Source: Bilabrum cf. latius (taxonomy: Eukaryota). Taken from it: a stretch of DNA of 64,000 bases. Below the pieces are notes generated by a model. The model was not told where the DNA came from, ran no database searches, and saw only the letters and a list, made by a program, of their open reading frames with translations. The translations under genes and the position numbers were made by a program. Location: the NCBI GenBank assembly GCA_965178125.1, contig OZ237742.1:1-64000 (forward strand), written 5' to 3'. Positions 39,445-50,200 of this stretch are shown one piece after another; the stretch's first letter is position 1, and every line of letters begins with the position of its first letter.

Positions 39445-40692
39445 ATGCCTAAATAGCGGTTACAACCGTCGTCGCTGCGGGGGCAGACGTGGGGATGGCT
39501 GCTGCCAGTGGGGCTACAGAAGAATAAGTTTATCCGAGCAGCCATGGTCCGCATACGGGTTTGCACACTCCCATTGCAACGGCCTGGTCAAGATACGGTC
39601 GAAGACCACAGGAAGCGAGTGGCTAGAGCTATTCGGGTCTTCCACAGCAAGAATTCGCTGCCCTCAAGCCTGCCGAGGACGTAGCATTTTGTGCTTACTC
39701 CAAGATCCAGAGCTACCATGATGACATCCGAAGCGCAGTTGAGGGATGTGTGCGAGCGCCTGACAAGGCCAATCCTGATGACTGTTACACATCGCAGCTC
39801 AACTTCAACCGAAGGCTCAAGTTTGCCGTGCTGCCGACAGATGTCTTCAGACCAGCGCGTGCTGTATGCAGTCGCAATGCTCTCTCACACAGAGCATAGG
39901 ATGGTTAGTCATCGGCTGGCAGAATTGCTGGCCAATCAAGGCTCACGCGACTTCGTTCTGTTGCTTGATTTTCGTAATGCAGCCTGCAAAGCCTCATCAA
40001 TTGCTCAACCAGGCTACACAGAGACATGCTGCTCTTCAACAGAAGTTCAAGTTGAGGGCGCTCGTCTTGTTATTTCGAACAGTTTGTAGGCAGCAGAAGG
40101 CATCTCAGATGGCCCCAGGTCTGGCGACTGGGTTTTGTGTCCTGTTGTGGCTTGCTGTGCTGTTCTTGGCAACGGTTGTTGCCGACCGTTTGTGTACGGT
40201 ATAACAGATGAGGTTTTTGTGCCAGAATGTTCAGTTGATGATGCTGGGAAACCGTTGCTTACCGACAATATCCCCTCTGGCAAGCCACACAGCCAAGCTA
40301 GCGGGACTGGAGCTTCAGCTGCGAGTTTGCGGCCAATGTAGCCGCGCAAGGACTAGATATCAAGTAGACTACGTGCTAGTTTTGCAGGGAAAGAGCCCGA
40401 GCCAGGCCCCGTCGATTTCAAGGCTCTCCAAGCTCGGCTCAAGTCAAGCGATGACACGCCGACCGTGCCACCCGCCCCTGGTGGTCTGCCTGGCGGCGCC
40501 GCAGTCGATTCAGAAGGGGCATCCTTGAATCCAGCAGCAGGAGATAGCTAGCAAACCTCCGTAGCGCCAAGCAGCAGTGATGCAGCCAGCCCAGCGACCG
40601 ATGGGACCGCCGTGGTGAACCCACTGGGAGTGGCGGATTCAAGCACTGCTGCGGCTGCCACTGGCCCGGGGGATGACGACGACCCCTTGTAA
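39445..40692 (+). CDS. Hypothetical protein (~415 aa; start and possible introns uncertain)
   Basis: One frame open from ATG 39445 (alternative 39544) to TAA 40690 with only TAG interruptions; includes track ORFs 39691-40089 and 40135-40341. Confidence 0.55.
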
Positions 40693-40762
40693 TGCAGCGG
40701 TGCCGATCAAATGGACTGAGTACAACTGGCATGCATTCTAGTGGACCAGGACAACGAGTTAA

Positions 40763-42472
40763 TCACCCTTGGAAATCTATGTGCACTCTAACTCTCGTGG
40801 GAATCGAGGCCTTGACGAATCCCACCGGACCCCGATGGCCAGACCCAGACCCAGACAAGGAGGAGTTTTCCTGCGCAGCAACCGCCTGGCCATGCGGTGC
40901 TCCCGCCGGCCCGGCCGATAAATGCACCAGGGGCAGTGGCTCGGGGGACGCAGGCCTGTCCGCACCCACACTTGCCCCGCTCGCTGGCGCGGCGTGGGCT
41001 TGCCGTGTTCGGGGCTCTCCTGCCAGCTGCCTGGCGCTATCGCTCTATAAAGTTTCCGAGTCAGTAAGGGTCTGACCTGTGCGATGATGCTGGTAGGGCA
41101 CTAGAAATCGCACGGAAGATTGCTTTCTAGGTGTCGCAATCAGCGGCGGGAGGCCAGTGGAGGCAGGAGCCAGTGCCTGTGCTGGGGCCGCACGCTGGCT
41201 GTGCCGGGAGGAAAACCCAAACCTTGATCCGGCACCGCCGTTCGCTTCCCTGCTATGTGCAGACCCGGCATCGCTGCGAACCGACTTAGCCAGCTAGTCT
41301 GACAGGGCAACGATCAGCTCGCGCGAGGCGAGGTCATATCCCCGGTCCTACCGCGCTTTCTGATCATGCGAATTTCCGCCGGCCACACCTTCCTCTGCTG
41401 GCTTGGCTGTCCCAACGGAGTCCGATCCGCCTTCACCCGCTGCTGTTGGTGCTTGCAAGGCTGTTGAAACGGGTGGAAGATCGGGCAGGTTGCCGTCATG
41501 AGTGGCTGATCTTGCAACCACATTCCATGCACGTAGTGTCATCGGACGCTGCAATAGCGACTATAGTTTGTCTCGCTGCTTACGAGCACCAGAATGTCCT
41601 TTATCAAGTCCATGTAGCATTGAAAAGACTGGCCCCGAATCGTGAGCTTGGGGCAATTCCAGAACCTGCTAGCTGTCAGCCCTGAGTCGTGCCAGCGACC
41701 GTTCTATGCGTTCGACAGACGCGATGGTGCTGCCCTTGCCCCCTTTTAGGGAGTCCTTGGCTGACTCTAGCGATCGTCGGATGGACTCAGAATCAGATGA
41801 AATGCTGCCGATTACGACTTCTCGCCTGTTCTACAGCGCTTGCAGCCCGCCACAGAGGATCTGGGCGCGGCGCGATGCCGCAGCAGACACTCTGCCTCGC
41901 AGGCTCACGAGCTTCTGCTGCAGTCTGGCCCTGCGAGCCCTAATTTCACCCAGGCTCTCCCTCTAACCCACAGCAAAGGATGACCCTTTTTCAAATTCAC
42001 GGCTTTTGTGCGCTTGTGCATCCACAAAACGGGTCAACTTCTGCTAGTCGGCATCTATGGTCGGAACAGTCCGGTCCGCAACATCGTCGTCATGGCCGTC
42101 GCATATCTACCTGCTTTGGCCCGTGTGTTGGCTCGAAAGTGCACTGACAAAACCCGTCTTTGCTTGATCACGGACCCTACTGATCCCGTTGTTCTGACTA
42201 GAAAGCTGGGACATCATTTCTACCAGCGGCCTCGCTCGAGAACCGAGTGATTTGGCTACCTGGACTGCATTATAGCTAGCAGCCCTATGGCCGACGCCCA
42301 CGAACTTGAAGCCTCCTATAGCAGAGGACTGATCAGCTGACCAGCACGGAAGCGTCGCAATTTGTGGGGCAATGCTCGGATTCGCAGATACCCACTGCTT
42401 GAGCATCTCAGCGTCGTTCAGCAAAAAAGCAGTCTCAAGCGTTCGCGTGCCACTACCCTTGATTTGATTCAT
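40763..42472 (-). CDS. Hypothetical protein (~570 aa) with a central coiled-coil-like segment; 5' end uncertain
   Basis: Frame free of TAA/TGA from ~42679 to TGA at 40763; joins track ORFs 42107-42616, 41348-41554 and 40763-40969 via TAGs. First in-frame ATG at 42472. Confidence 0.6.
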
Positions 42473-43185
42473 TCTGTGTGCCCCTTGTTGGCTGTAGACA
42501 ACTGAATCGATGCAGAAACGCGCTATGTGACTCCCCCAGAATCTGCCAGTGTATGCAATATCCGTGTGTGCTCTGCTGGTTTGGCGGAAAGGTGCAGACG
42601 AGGCCCTGATAGGCACAAATACAATTGCTTCTGTCCGCTTGGTTGCTACAACGATTGCGCTACAAAAACGTGGTTGCCGTTAAACGACTTTCGTTGGGGA
42701 CTGGGTGTGACGACAGCAGCAAGGCTTAGGGCAGAAACCGACTGGCCTTGCCCACCTTGCCGTTTGGGTGGCTGGCAGGCTGGCAGGCCGGCACTGCAGC
42801 TGAGCTTTGATCAGCTTACACTTCAGCTGAGAGTGGCACACCATATCAGCTCCACAGATTCGAAGGGTGTCAGCCTAGAGCAAAGAGCCTCTGGTACTGC
42901 GTTGGCCCCAGCACCACGCCTCCGAGTGCCACATCATGCACTGGCAGAGCGATGCACCGGTTGAGACTCTGGCTTCCTACGTCTCAACAAACTGCGAGTC
43001 TAGCCCAGAGATGAGGCTAGCAGGGCAACCCAGCGGCGCTTGCATTTCGTCGCTGCCGCATGTGGTCTCCATTCGGTAATCGCTGGAAGCGACCGATCTT
43101 CCAGTCGCTTCGAATGCATACGCCGGTGAAAGCACCCCGGATGGCAACCAACAGATCACAAAGGCGGACGGTTGCGTGCGTGGGC

Positions 43186-43305
43186 GCTGCAGACTGTCCT
43201 TCACCCCTCGTGACCACTAGCAGCTGCAGACTGTCCTTCACCCCTCGTGACCACTAGCAGCTGCAGACTGTCCTTCACCCCTCGTGACCACTAGCGGCTG
43301 CAGAC
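43186..43305. repeat. 37-bp tandem triplication spanning the stop codon of the ZMYND12-like gene
   Basis: CTGCAGACTGTCCTTCACCCCTCGTGACCACTAGCAG at 43187, 43224 and 43261. Confidence 0.9.
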
Positions 43306-44519
43306 GCTCCTCCGCCCCCCAAATCATCGCCAATCGAGGCTACTACAGCCTCCAGCTCAGACTCCATGGCGCCCACTGCGCTGCTCGCCGACTCAACGGC
43401 CGGGTGGTCGTCCTCCATCGACTTGCGCATGGCCCCAGGGACGGACCTGCACTCTTCCAGCCCGGCGCGATGGGCCCCTGCGGCCCAGAGACACATGCCC
43501 AGCGCCAACCTACACTCGTGGTATGCCACGTGGTCCTCTCCCAGGGCAGCGAGCCGGTAGTCGCGGATGAAGCGCAGCATCCCGATGGCCTCTGCGACTG
43601 CTGCCACACTCACGTGCTCCACGGGCCTAGGCAGCGCCCTGGTAGCATGCTCGTCTGAGGCGGCCTTAGCACCGCTCGAGCCCATCTCGGGTCCTACTGC
43701 CAGGTCAGATCCAGCATCAGGACCGGCCTGTGGGCCACTACCAGGAACAGGCGACACCTGCTGGTACCAGATCTCGACGACCTTGTCGAAGAAGGCCATC
43801 GCGGTTGAGCTGAGCGCGCTAGTTGCTTCGGAGTCACCGGTTTCGTCAAGGTCCAGTGCCACTTTACCCAATCGAAAAAATGCAGCCGCAGTTTCAATCG
43901 AGCCGGGACCAGCTGACATGCTCGCTTCGAATGCCTCTTCTGCGAAGCTCTTTTGCGCAGCGAGCAGCTTGTCGCGCGGGCCAGATTCAGATTCCTTGCC
44001 TTCAAACATACCAGAGTGAAAGTGAGATGCCTGCAGACGTCCACGGACACACAGAAGCCGGGCCCTCAACATGTGGTCGTCCGGGCCTCCCTGCTACACT
44101 AGCACCCACGATGCAGCTGACAATAGCTCTTCGACTTCGGCCAATTTTCCGACGCCAAGACTACTTTCAGCCAGCAATAAACTAGGAACTAACGTATCTA
44201 TAGTACCTTCGCCAAAAATAGACTGCGCACTCGCCAACGCATCTTGAGACGACGAAACAGCGAGCTTAAAATTGCCCGCTGCGATCAGGTTCATGCTGAG
44301 AGCTACAGACACCTCCAACAGTGCCCCCCGCGCCGCAGTAAGCGAATCGCCTTTCAGTTTACGCTCTGAGGCTGAGCCAATCGCATCATGCGCTCCAAGC
44401 AGCTTTATCTCGCCTCGTATCGATTCGCAGCGGCGCGTTAGCTCCATGCACTTGTGCTCCAGACCAAGCACGTCATCCACATCAATCGGTGGAGCAATAG
44501 GAAGGGAAGCCTATGCCAT
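43275..44519 (-). CDS. ZMYND12: ZMYND12 / dynein p38-like TPR-type protein (414 aa), no MYND finger seen
   Basis: FKLAV..SQDAL, LVPSLLLAESSLGVGKLAEVEELLSAASWVL, TAAAFFRLGKV and FFDKVVEIWY resemble the ZMYND12 helical region as I recall it. TAG at 44511 and 44094 read through; TGA stop. Confidence 0.7.
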
Positions 44520-44631
44520 ATCAACAACCTGTTGGCTAACAGACTGGGCTCTTCTGGTGCCAAGAACCGCAGTTTCCGTTGCAGCCCTTTGTAGCGTTCG
44601 ATCTGCCGTCCCTCAGTCTTGTAGGTGCAAA

Positions 44632-45747
44632 ATGATCAATAGCTTCCGTCTGGCGGCAGCAGTTCGCAGAACATTGCAGTATTCTCGGCATAGGCGCTTT
44701 ATGGCAGCGGTTGGTGCAGTTGAAGCGGCTGAAAAAAGCGCCCCAGTCGCAAAGCCGTTCGGATTAGATCTGAAGTGCAAGCTAGGAGAGGGCGCGCTAT
44801 GGGACGAGACATTGTTCGATGGTCGCGGCGGGCTTTTCCATATAGACATAATAGGATGTCGCCTGATGGTGCTGGATAGCACTGCCAGCCCCCCAGTCAA
44901 CTACAGCTTTCCCATGCCCTCGAGGATCGGGACCGTCGTGCCGTGTAGCACTCCTGGGATGGTGGTTGTGGCTCTGACAGATGGAATTTACTCGATGAAA
45001 ATCGACATCCCCGCGAAAGCAGAACCGGCAGTGGCTCCTGGAGACACGGTCAAGACGGTAGAGCTGCCGGAGCCGAGCTTGGAGCGAGTGGCGCGGGACC
45101 CTGAGCCAGGCATCCCCACCAATAGACTTAACGACGGTAAATGTGATCCGTACGGGCGATTGTGGGTAGGTTCGATGAAGTCAGAGTCCCCAAGAGACAG
45201 AACTGGAGCCTTGTACATGTTTGACCCGTCCACAGCGCCCAAGCCGGGAGAAGGCGCCTCGCTCCCTGCGATGACCAGGGTGTTGGACAAGGTAGGCGTG
45301 AGTAATGGAGTGGCTTGGTCATCCAGCGGCGAAAAAATGTTTTATATTGACAGCTTTGAGAGGCGGGTGTCGGTCTTTGATTACGACCCGAAGACCGGGG
45401 CAGCCTCGGGCCGCAATACCGCCTTCGAGTTCGCCGAGGCGGATGGCACACCGGATGGATGTGTCATGGATGCGAGCGACCGGCTGTGGGTGGCTCATTT
45501 CAATGGCGGACAAGTCACCTGCACGGATACCAAGTCGAACAAGCGCGTGCTCTCGATCGCGATCCCCGGTGCAACGCAGGTCACGTCTGTGACTCTGGGG
45601 GGCCCCTCTGGCAGCGACCTGTTCGTGACCACAGCGCGGGAGGACATGTCGGCGGAGGACATCGTCAAGTTCCCAGAGTCCGGCTCGTTGTTTGTGGTGG
45701 AGGGCGTGGAGGCGAAAGGCAAGCCTGCTGCTCGACTAGAACTGTGA
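44632..45747 (+). CDS. Regucalcin / SMP-30 / gluconolactonase family protein (371 aa)
   Basis: LGEGALWD, NRLNDGKCDPYGRLWVGSM, VSNGVAWS, YIDS, PDGCVMD..RLWVA, VTSVTLGG...DLFVTTA; TGA stop. Confidence 0.93.
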   Translation: MINSFRLAAAVRRTLQYSRHRRFMAAVGAVEAAEKSAPVAKPFGLDLKCKLGEGALWDETLFDGRGGLFHIDIIGCRLMVLDSTASPPVNYSFPMPSRIGTVVPCSTPGMVVVALTDGIYSMKIDIPAKAEPAVAPGDTVKTVELPEPSLERVARDPEPGIPTNRLNDGKCDPYGRLWVGSMKSESPRDRTGALYMFDPSTAPKPGEGASLPAMTRVLDKVGVSNGVAWSSSGEKMFYIDSFERRVSVFDYDPKTGAASGRNTAFEFAEADGTPDGCVMDASDRLWVAHFNGGQVTCTDTKSNKRVLSIAIPGATQVTSVTLGGPSGSDLFVTTAREDMSAEDIVKFPESGSLFVVEGVEAKGKPAARLEL

Positions 45748-45924
45748 TTGCTGTACTGACATGGCCGGCGGACTTCGATTTTTGTTGGCTTCGCTTCTGC
45801 TTGCCTCGTGCACGTTAAGAAAATATGGGTTCTGTTCATTGTCAGCCATTCCATTGAGCTGATCTGCAAACGCAGCCCCGCACACCCCTCTCTCATGCCT
45901 ATGTCTCACTCCCTTCCGTTCCGC

Positions 45925-47039
45925 TCACTGGCGCCCCTTGCCGAGCCCCTGGTCCCCGAGCAGGTTGAGCAGCAGCGCCTCGCTCGACAGGAAGACCTGG
46001 TTGCGGGACTGCAGCATTGTGCCTGCGATCTGCTTGGCCGTATCTATGCGCTTGAGCTTGACGAACCCAGGGTTCTCCTTGATGGCCTCACCAATGAGCT
46101 CGGCAGCGCGCGCCTCACCCTGCGCGCGGATGATGGTGGACCGCTTGTCCTGGAGGGCCTTCTCCACCACGAACCGGGCGCGCTCGGCCTCCTGCTGGGC
46201 GACCTGCTTCGCCTCAACAGCGGCAGTGAACTCCCTTCCGAAGTGCAGCTCCGTGATCGAAACGTCCTCAAGGACGATGTTGAAATCGCGCGCTCGCTTT
46301 TGCAGATTCTGACGGATCTTCTGACTTACTGCCTCACGCTGGGTGAGCAGCTGAGGAGCAGTAAACTGAGCGATCACCTGCTTCAATACCTCGTTCACGA
46401 TAGACGGAAGCACCTTCTCATCGTAGTCGGTGCCGAGCGTCTGGTAGATGCTGGGCAGCTTGGACACTTCAGGCCTCGTCAAAACACGGAGACTCAACTC
46501 CACCATCTGGAGATCCCGAGATCCCGAGACAGACTTAACAACTCTGGGCCTTGTCCTGATGTCAAAGATGATCGGCTTGTCAAACCAAGGAACCATGAAG
46601 TGGGTGCCCTCAGCAATGACGTCGGGCCGAACTCCGACAATCCTGTTGAAAATGATAGCTCGTTCACCGCCCTTGACTGCAAAATGTTGCAAATAAAATA
46701 CATGGTATCGCAGACACTCGTAGTAACGCAGGATGGTTGTATGCGGCACAGCCCACACCACGATAATCAGCAGCGAGGGTGTTCATTAGCCAACGCGAAG
46801 CAAACCGACCCATCCACGATGCTGCCAGTTTCGGACAGCACAATATCTTTATGCAAATTGATGCCCCAAGAAGGGCGGCTATCCCAAAGGTGGCAATCGA
46901 TCGAGACATCCTGGAATACCTCACCATTGTACAGAGAGTTCATCCCAGTATAACCTAGTACTCCCAGTCCGCCGACTGCACCAAGTGCTCCAGTAACAAT
47001 GTTGATGAAGTTAGGCGGCAACTTGGGAAGCTTTGCCAT
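45925..47039 (-). CDS. PHB2: Prohibitin 2 (288 aa), 1 intron (46677-46924)
   Basis: Spliced SLYN-V-KGGERAIIFNR, EGTHFMVPWF, GSRDLQMV, VLPSIVNEVLK, AVEAKQVAQQEAERARFVVEKALQDKRSTIIRAQGEA; TGA stop. Confidence 0.95.
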
Positions 47040-47291
47040 CTTGTGTGTCGGTGAAGGAAGATGACAGCTTGCTACGTGCATGCTCATCGAAATCTGGATT
47101 ATCTACGAAAATCATTCGTTACATAGGCGGGGCGGTCGGGCGGCGTTCTTGGCAACATTTACCGGGTTTGTTGACTAGTATCCCAGTGGTTAGGAGGTTG
47201 AATAAGAATAACTCTAATTTTCCCACTTGCTCTGCAATTTGGTACTGAGAAACGAATTAGTTTCAATCTCTTGCACAGGATCGCACACAAA

Positions 47292-50200
47292 ATGGCTATT
47301 CCTGGGCTTGCAGCTGCACTTTCCAAACGAAGAGCTGTGGTTGATGCAACGCAAGGCTCAACAACAACCGGGTTTGGTACGGGGGGAGCTGGCAGTGTCA
47401 CAACTACTCTTGGTGACAAGGCACGAAGGCGTGGGTTCACATTTGTGGATCGTAGCCCGACAGACTTTGTCGGTCTAGCCAATCAAGGCGCAACTTGCTA
47501 CCTCAATTCATTTATTCAAATGCTGTTCATGACGCCTGAATTTCGGAAGGCACTGTTCGGTGAGACGATTTTGTATTGAAGAGTGCGGGCTACCGTTCCT
47601 AGAGCTGCTGGGAGACTGCGCCTGGCCTTGCTATCCAGCTTTAGTCCGCAGAGTGGAAGTATGACCCCGAAATTCACGACGAACCGAAGTTTTGCCTTGC
47701 ACTTCAGCTGCAAAAACTGCTCGCTAGGCTGCAGCTATCCAGCCAAGGCGCAGTCACCACCAGGGACCTGACCAAGAGCTTCGGTTGGGAAGGGGCAGAA
47801 GCGTTCGTGTAGCACGACGTGCAGGAGTGCATGGCTCACGTGTTTGAACACCTGCAGATTCTTGGGGCTGGGACTCCATTAGGTGACCACATTGGTGAGG
47901 AGCAGACGGGGTTGGCGAAGGGGTACGTGCACTGCCACTCGTGCGGCTATGTATCCGAGAGAGACGAGCCGTTCACAGCCTTGCCCCTACCGATCAAGGG
48001 CAGGAAGAACTTGCAAGAGGCCCTCCTGGGGTACACGTCCCCTGAGCTCATGCAAGGCGACAACCAGTACCGGTGCAGCTCGTGCGGGCAGCTCTCAGAT
48101 GCGAGCAAGGGCCAGTACTTCGACCAGAGTCGCCTTCCCAAAATCTTCACCATCCAGCTGGGGCGATTCGAGTTCGACATGCGCACGCTCAGCCGCAAGA
48201 AGATATCGGACGAGCTCCCGTTCCCACTCATTCTAGACGTCGCGGAGTACTGCAAGAAGCCAGGGCTGGTTGGAGACGGCACTGAGGAGGCGAAGATGGA
48301 CCAAGCGGCAGGCGTTAATCCATCATCCGAGCCAGCTGGAGCAAGCGATATTCCACCGCAGGAGGCTCCAGATGTTGAGCGCAGCACGAGGTACGCTCTC
48401 TTCGCGGTGATGATGCATCTGGGGGGCACTCACGGCGGCCACTACTTTGCCTACATTCGCGACTAGGGCGCAGGTGGAGCCGACGGTGGGCAGCGAGTCT
48501 GGGTGCCCTCAGATGGGGCACCACCCGTAGATTTCCCGCCGGCACCTTCACCGAGCGAGCCAGAGCCCAGTGTCCCCGAGGCAGCCGCAACAGGTGCCGG
48601 GGTGCAAGATTCCGGTTCGACCGGTGCCCCAGAATCAGTGTCGAAGCCGCCTCCGTTCGTTGATGGGCCACCCCTGCCGGCTGGTGCTGAGAGTATCGCT
48701 TTGCCTACATCAGGTGGGACCACGTTGGACAGCGAAGTACTTGAGGGCAAGCGAGGGCGGTGGGTTAAGTTCAACGATGCATCGGTGGACTGGCTGCCGG
48801 CTGATAGGGTCCACTGGGCATTCGGCTGGACTGAAGCAGCTAAGCGGGCCAAAGCTGAGGCCGACGCTGCAAGACTGAATGGCGCTGGTACGCGGCCCAG
48901 TGAAGATGAGCCGACAGTCGAAGAAGAGTTGGCGGCTGCCAAGTCTGGAGTCGATGTGGCATAGGGGCGCAGGGACACTCGGGCTCCAGATGGTACTGCC
49001 AGTACAGGTGATTCGGGCCGAGCTCCTGGCAAGGGCAAGGGCAAGGACAAGGGCAAGGACAAGGGTAAGGGTAAGGAGACTGCTCCGGCTGGGAGTGCGT
49101 CCAAGAAGTCAGGAGCCGTGTCGGTGAGTCGGTCAACATCGAATGCCTACATGCTCGTTTATAGACGGATCGATACGTCGGTGTCTGGCGGTGTGAAGCG
49201 TGCCCTGCTACCCCCGGCCGTGACAGCTGCGGATGTCCCAGCGCCAGTTGCTGACGAGGTGGCAGCAGACAATGCCGACTGGGCGAAGCTGAAAAAAGAG
49301 TGGGATTATCAAAGAGAGATGGTCAATATTCGCGTGTTTGGGCCCCCTCTGGAGACGGCAGATGGTATCGCAGGATCCGATAAATCTGACCCAGCGAAAG
49401 AGGCATTGGTCGCCGAGCAAAGGCGAGCCAGCGGTAAGAGTGCTAGGGATTCGAGCACATCTGGCAATCGGCATGGAAAGCAGGTAAGCTTCTCGTTGCA
49501 TGAGTCTACCACGGTTGATGATCTTGTTTGCGAAACCGCCCGACGCGTTGGCTTGCTGAAGGACGGCAAGAGCCTGACAAAGCACAAACCGAAGAAAGGC
49601 TCTGGTGAGGAGCGTGCTGCAACGGACGGCTCCGTGGCTAGGGGTTCGCTGTTCCGAGATGAAGCTGATTGCGTGTCGCGATGCCGGCTGAGGCACTACG
49701 ACATGATGAATGGCGTCATGCTTGCCCCTATTGAATGGGCGGCAGTTCGGGAGAAAGCTGCAGCAGCTGCCAAGGCTGCATAGGGGCATGGCGCATCCCC
49801 AGCATCGCAGGCTAGTAGTGCTGCTGGAACAGCAGGACCGCCTGCTGTGGTTCTTAAGGATTTAGATCCGGCGCTGGGACCACACCGGCCCCTGTTGCTG
49901 GAAGTGAAAGCAAGCGCAGAAGCTCCTTGGGCCCCGTGGCGGCCCGGAGGTCTCCCTCTCCGCCTTGCATGCCTTGCCACGGGCCGCCACCAGTTCAGCC
50001 GCCCCCATCAAATTGTCATCGATGATGATTCAGCTGTGTCTCTGCGTCGCACCGCGGCAACTTACATGAAGCTACCAAGCAGACTGGTTCGATTGTTCGT
50101 GTTGTCTGACTCTGGGCCCATCGAGCTTGGTGTAGACAACCCTCCTGGCGCTCTGCTGGAGCCTCACTCCAGCTAGGTGGACAAGCAAGTTGCAGCTGAA

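Noticed and set aside
45808-46953. 381-aa plus-strand ORF
   Set aside because: Antisense shadow of PHB2.
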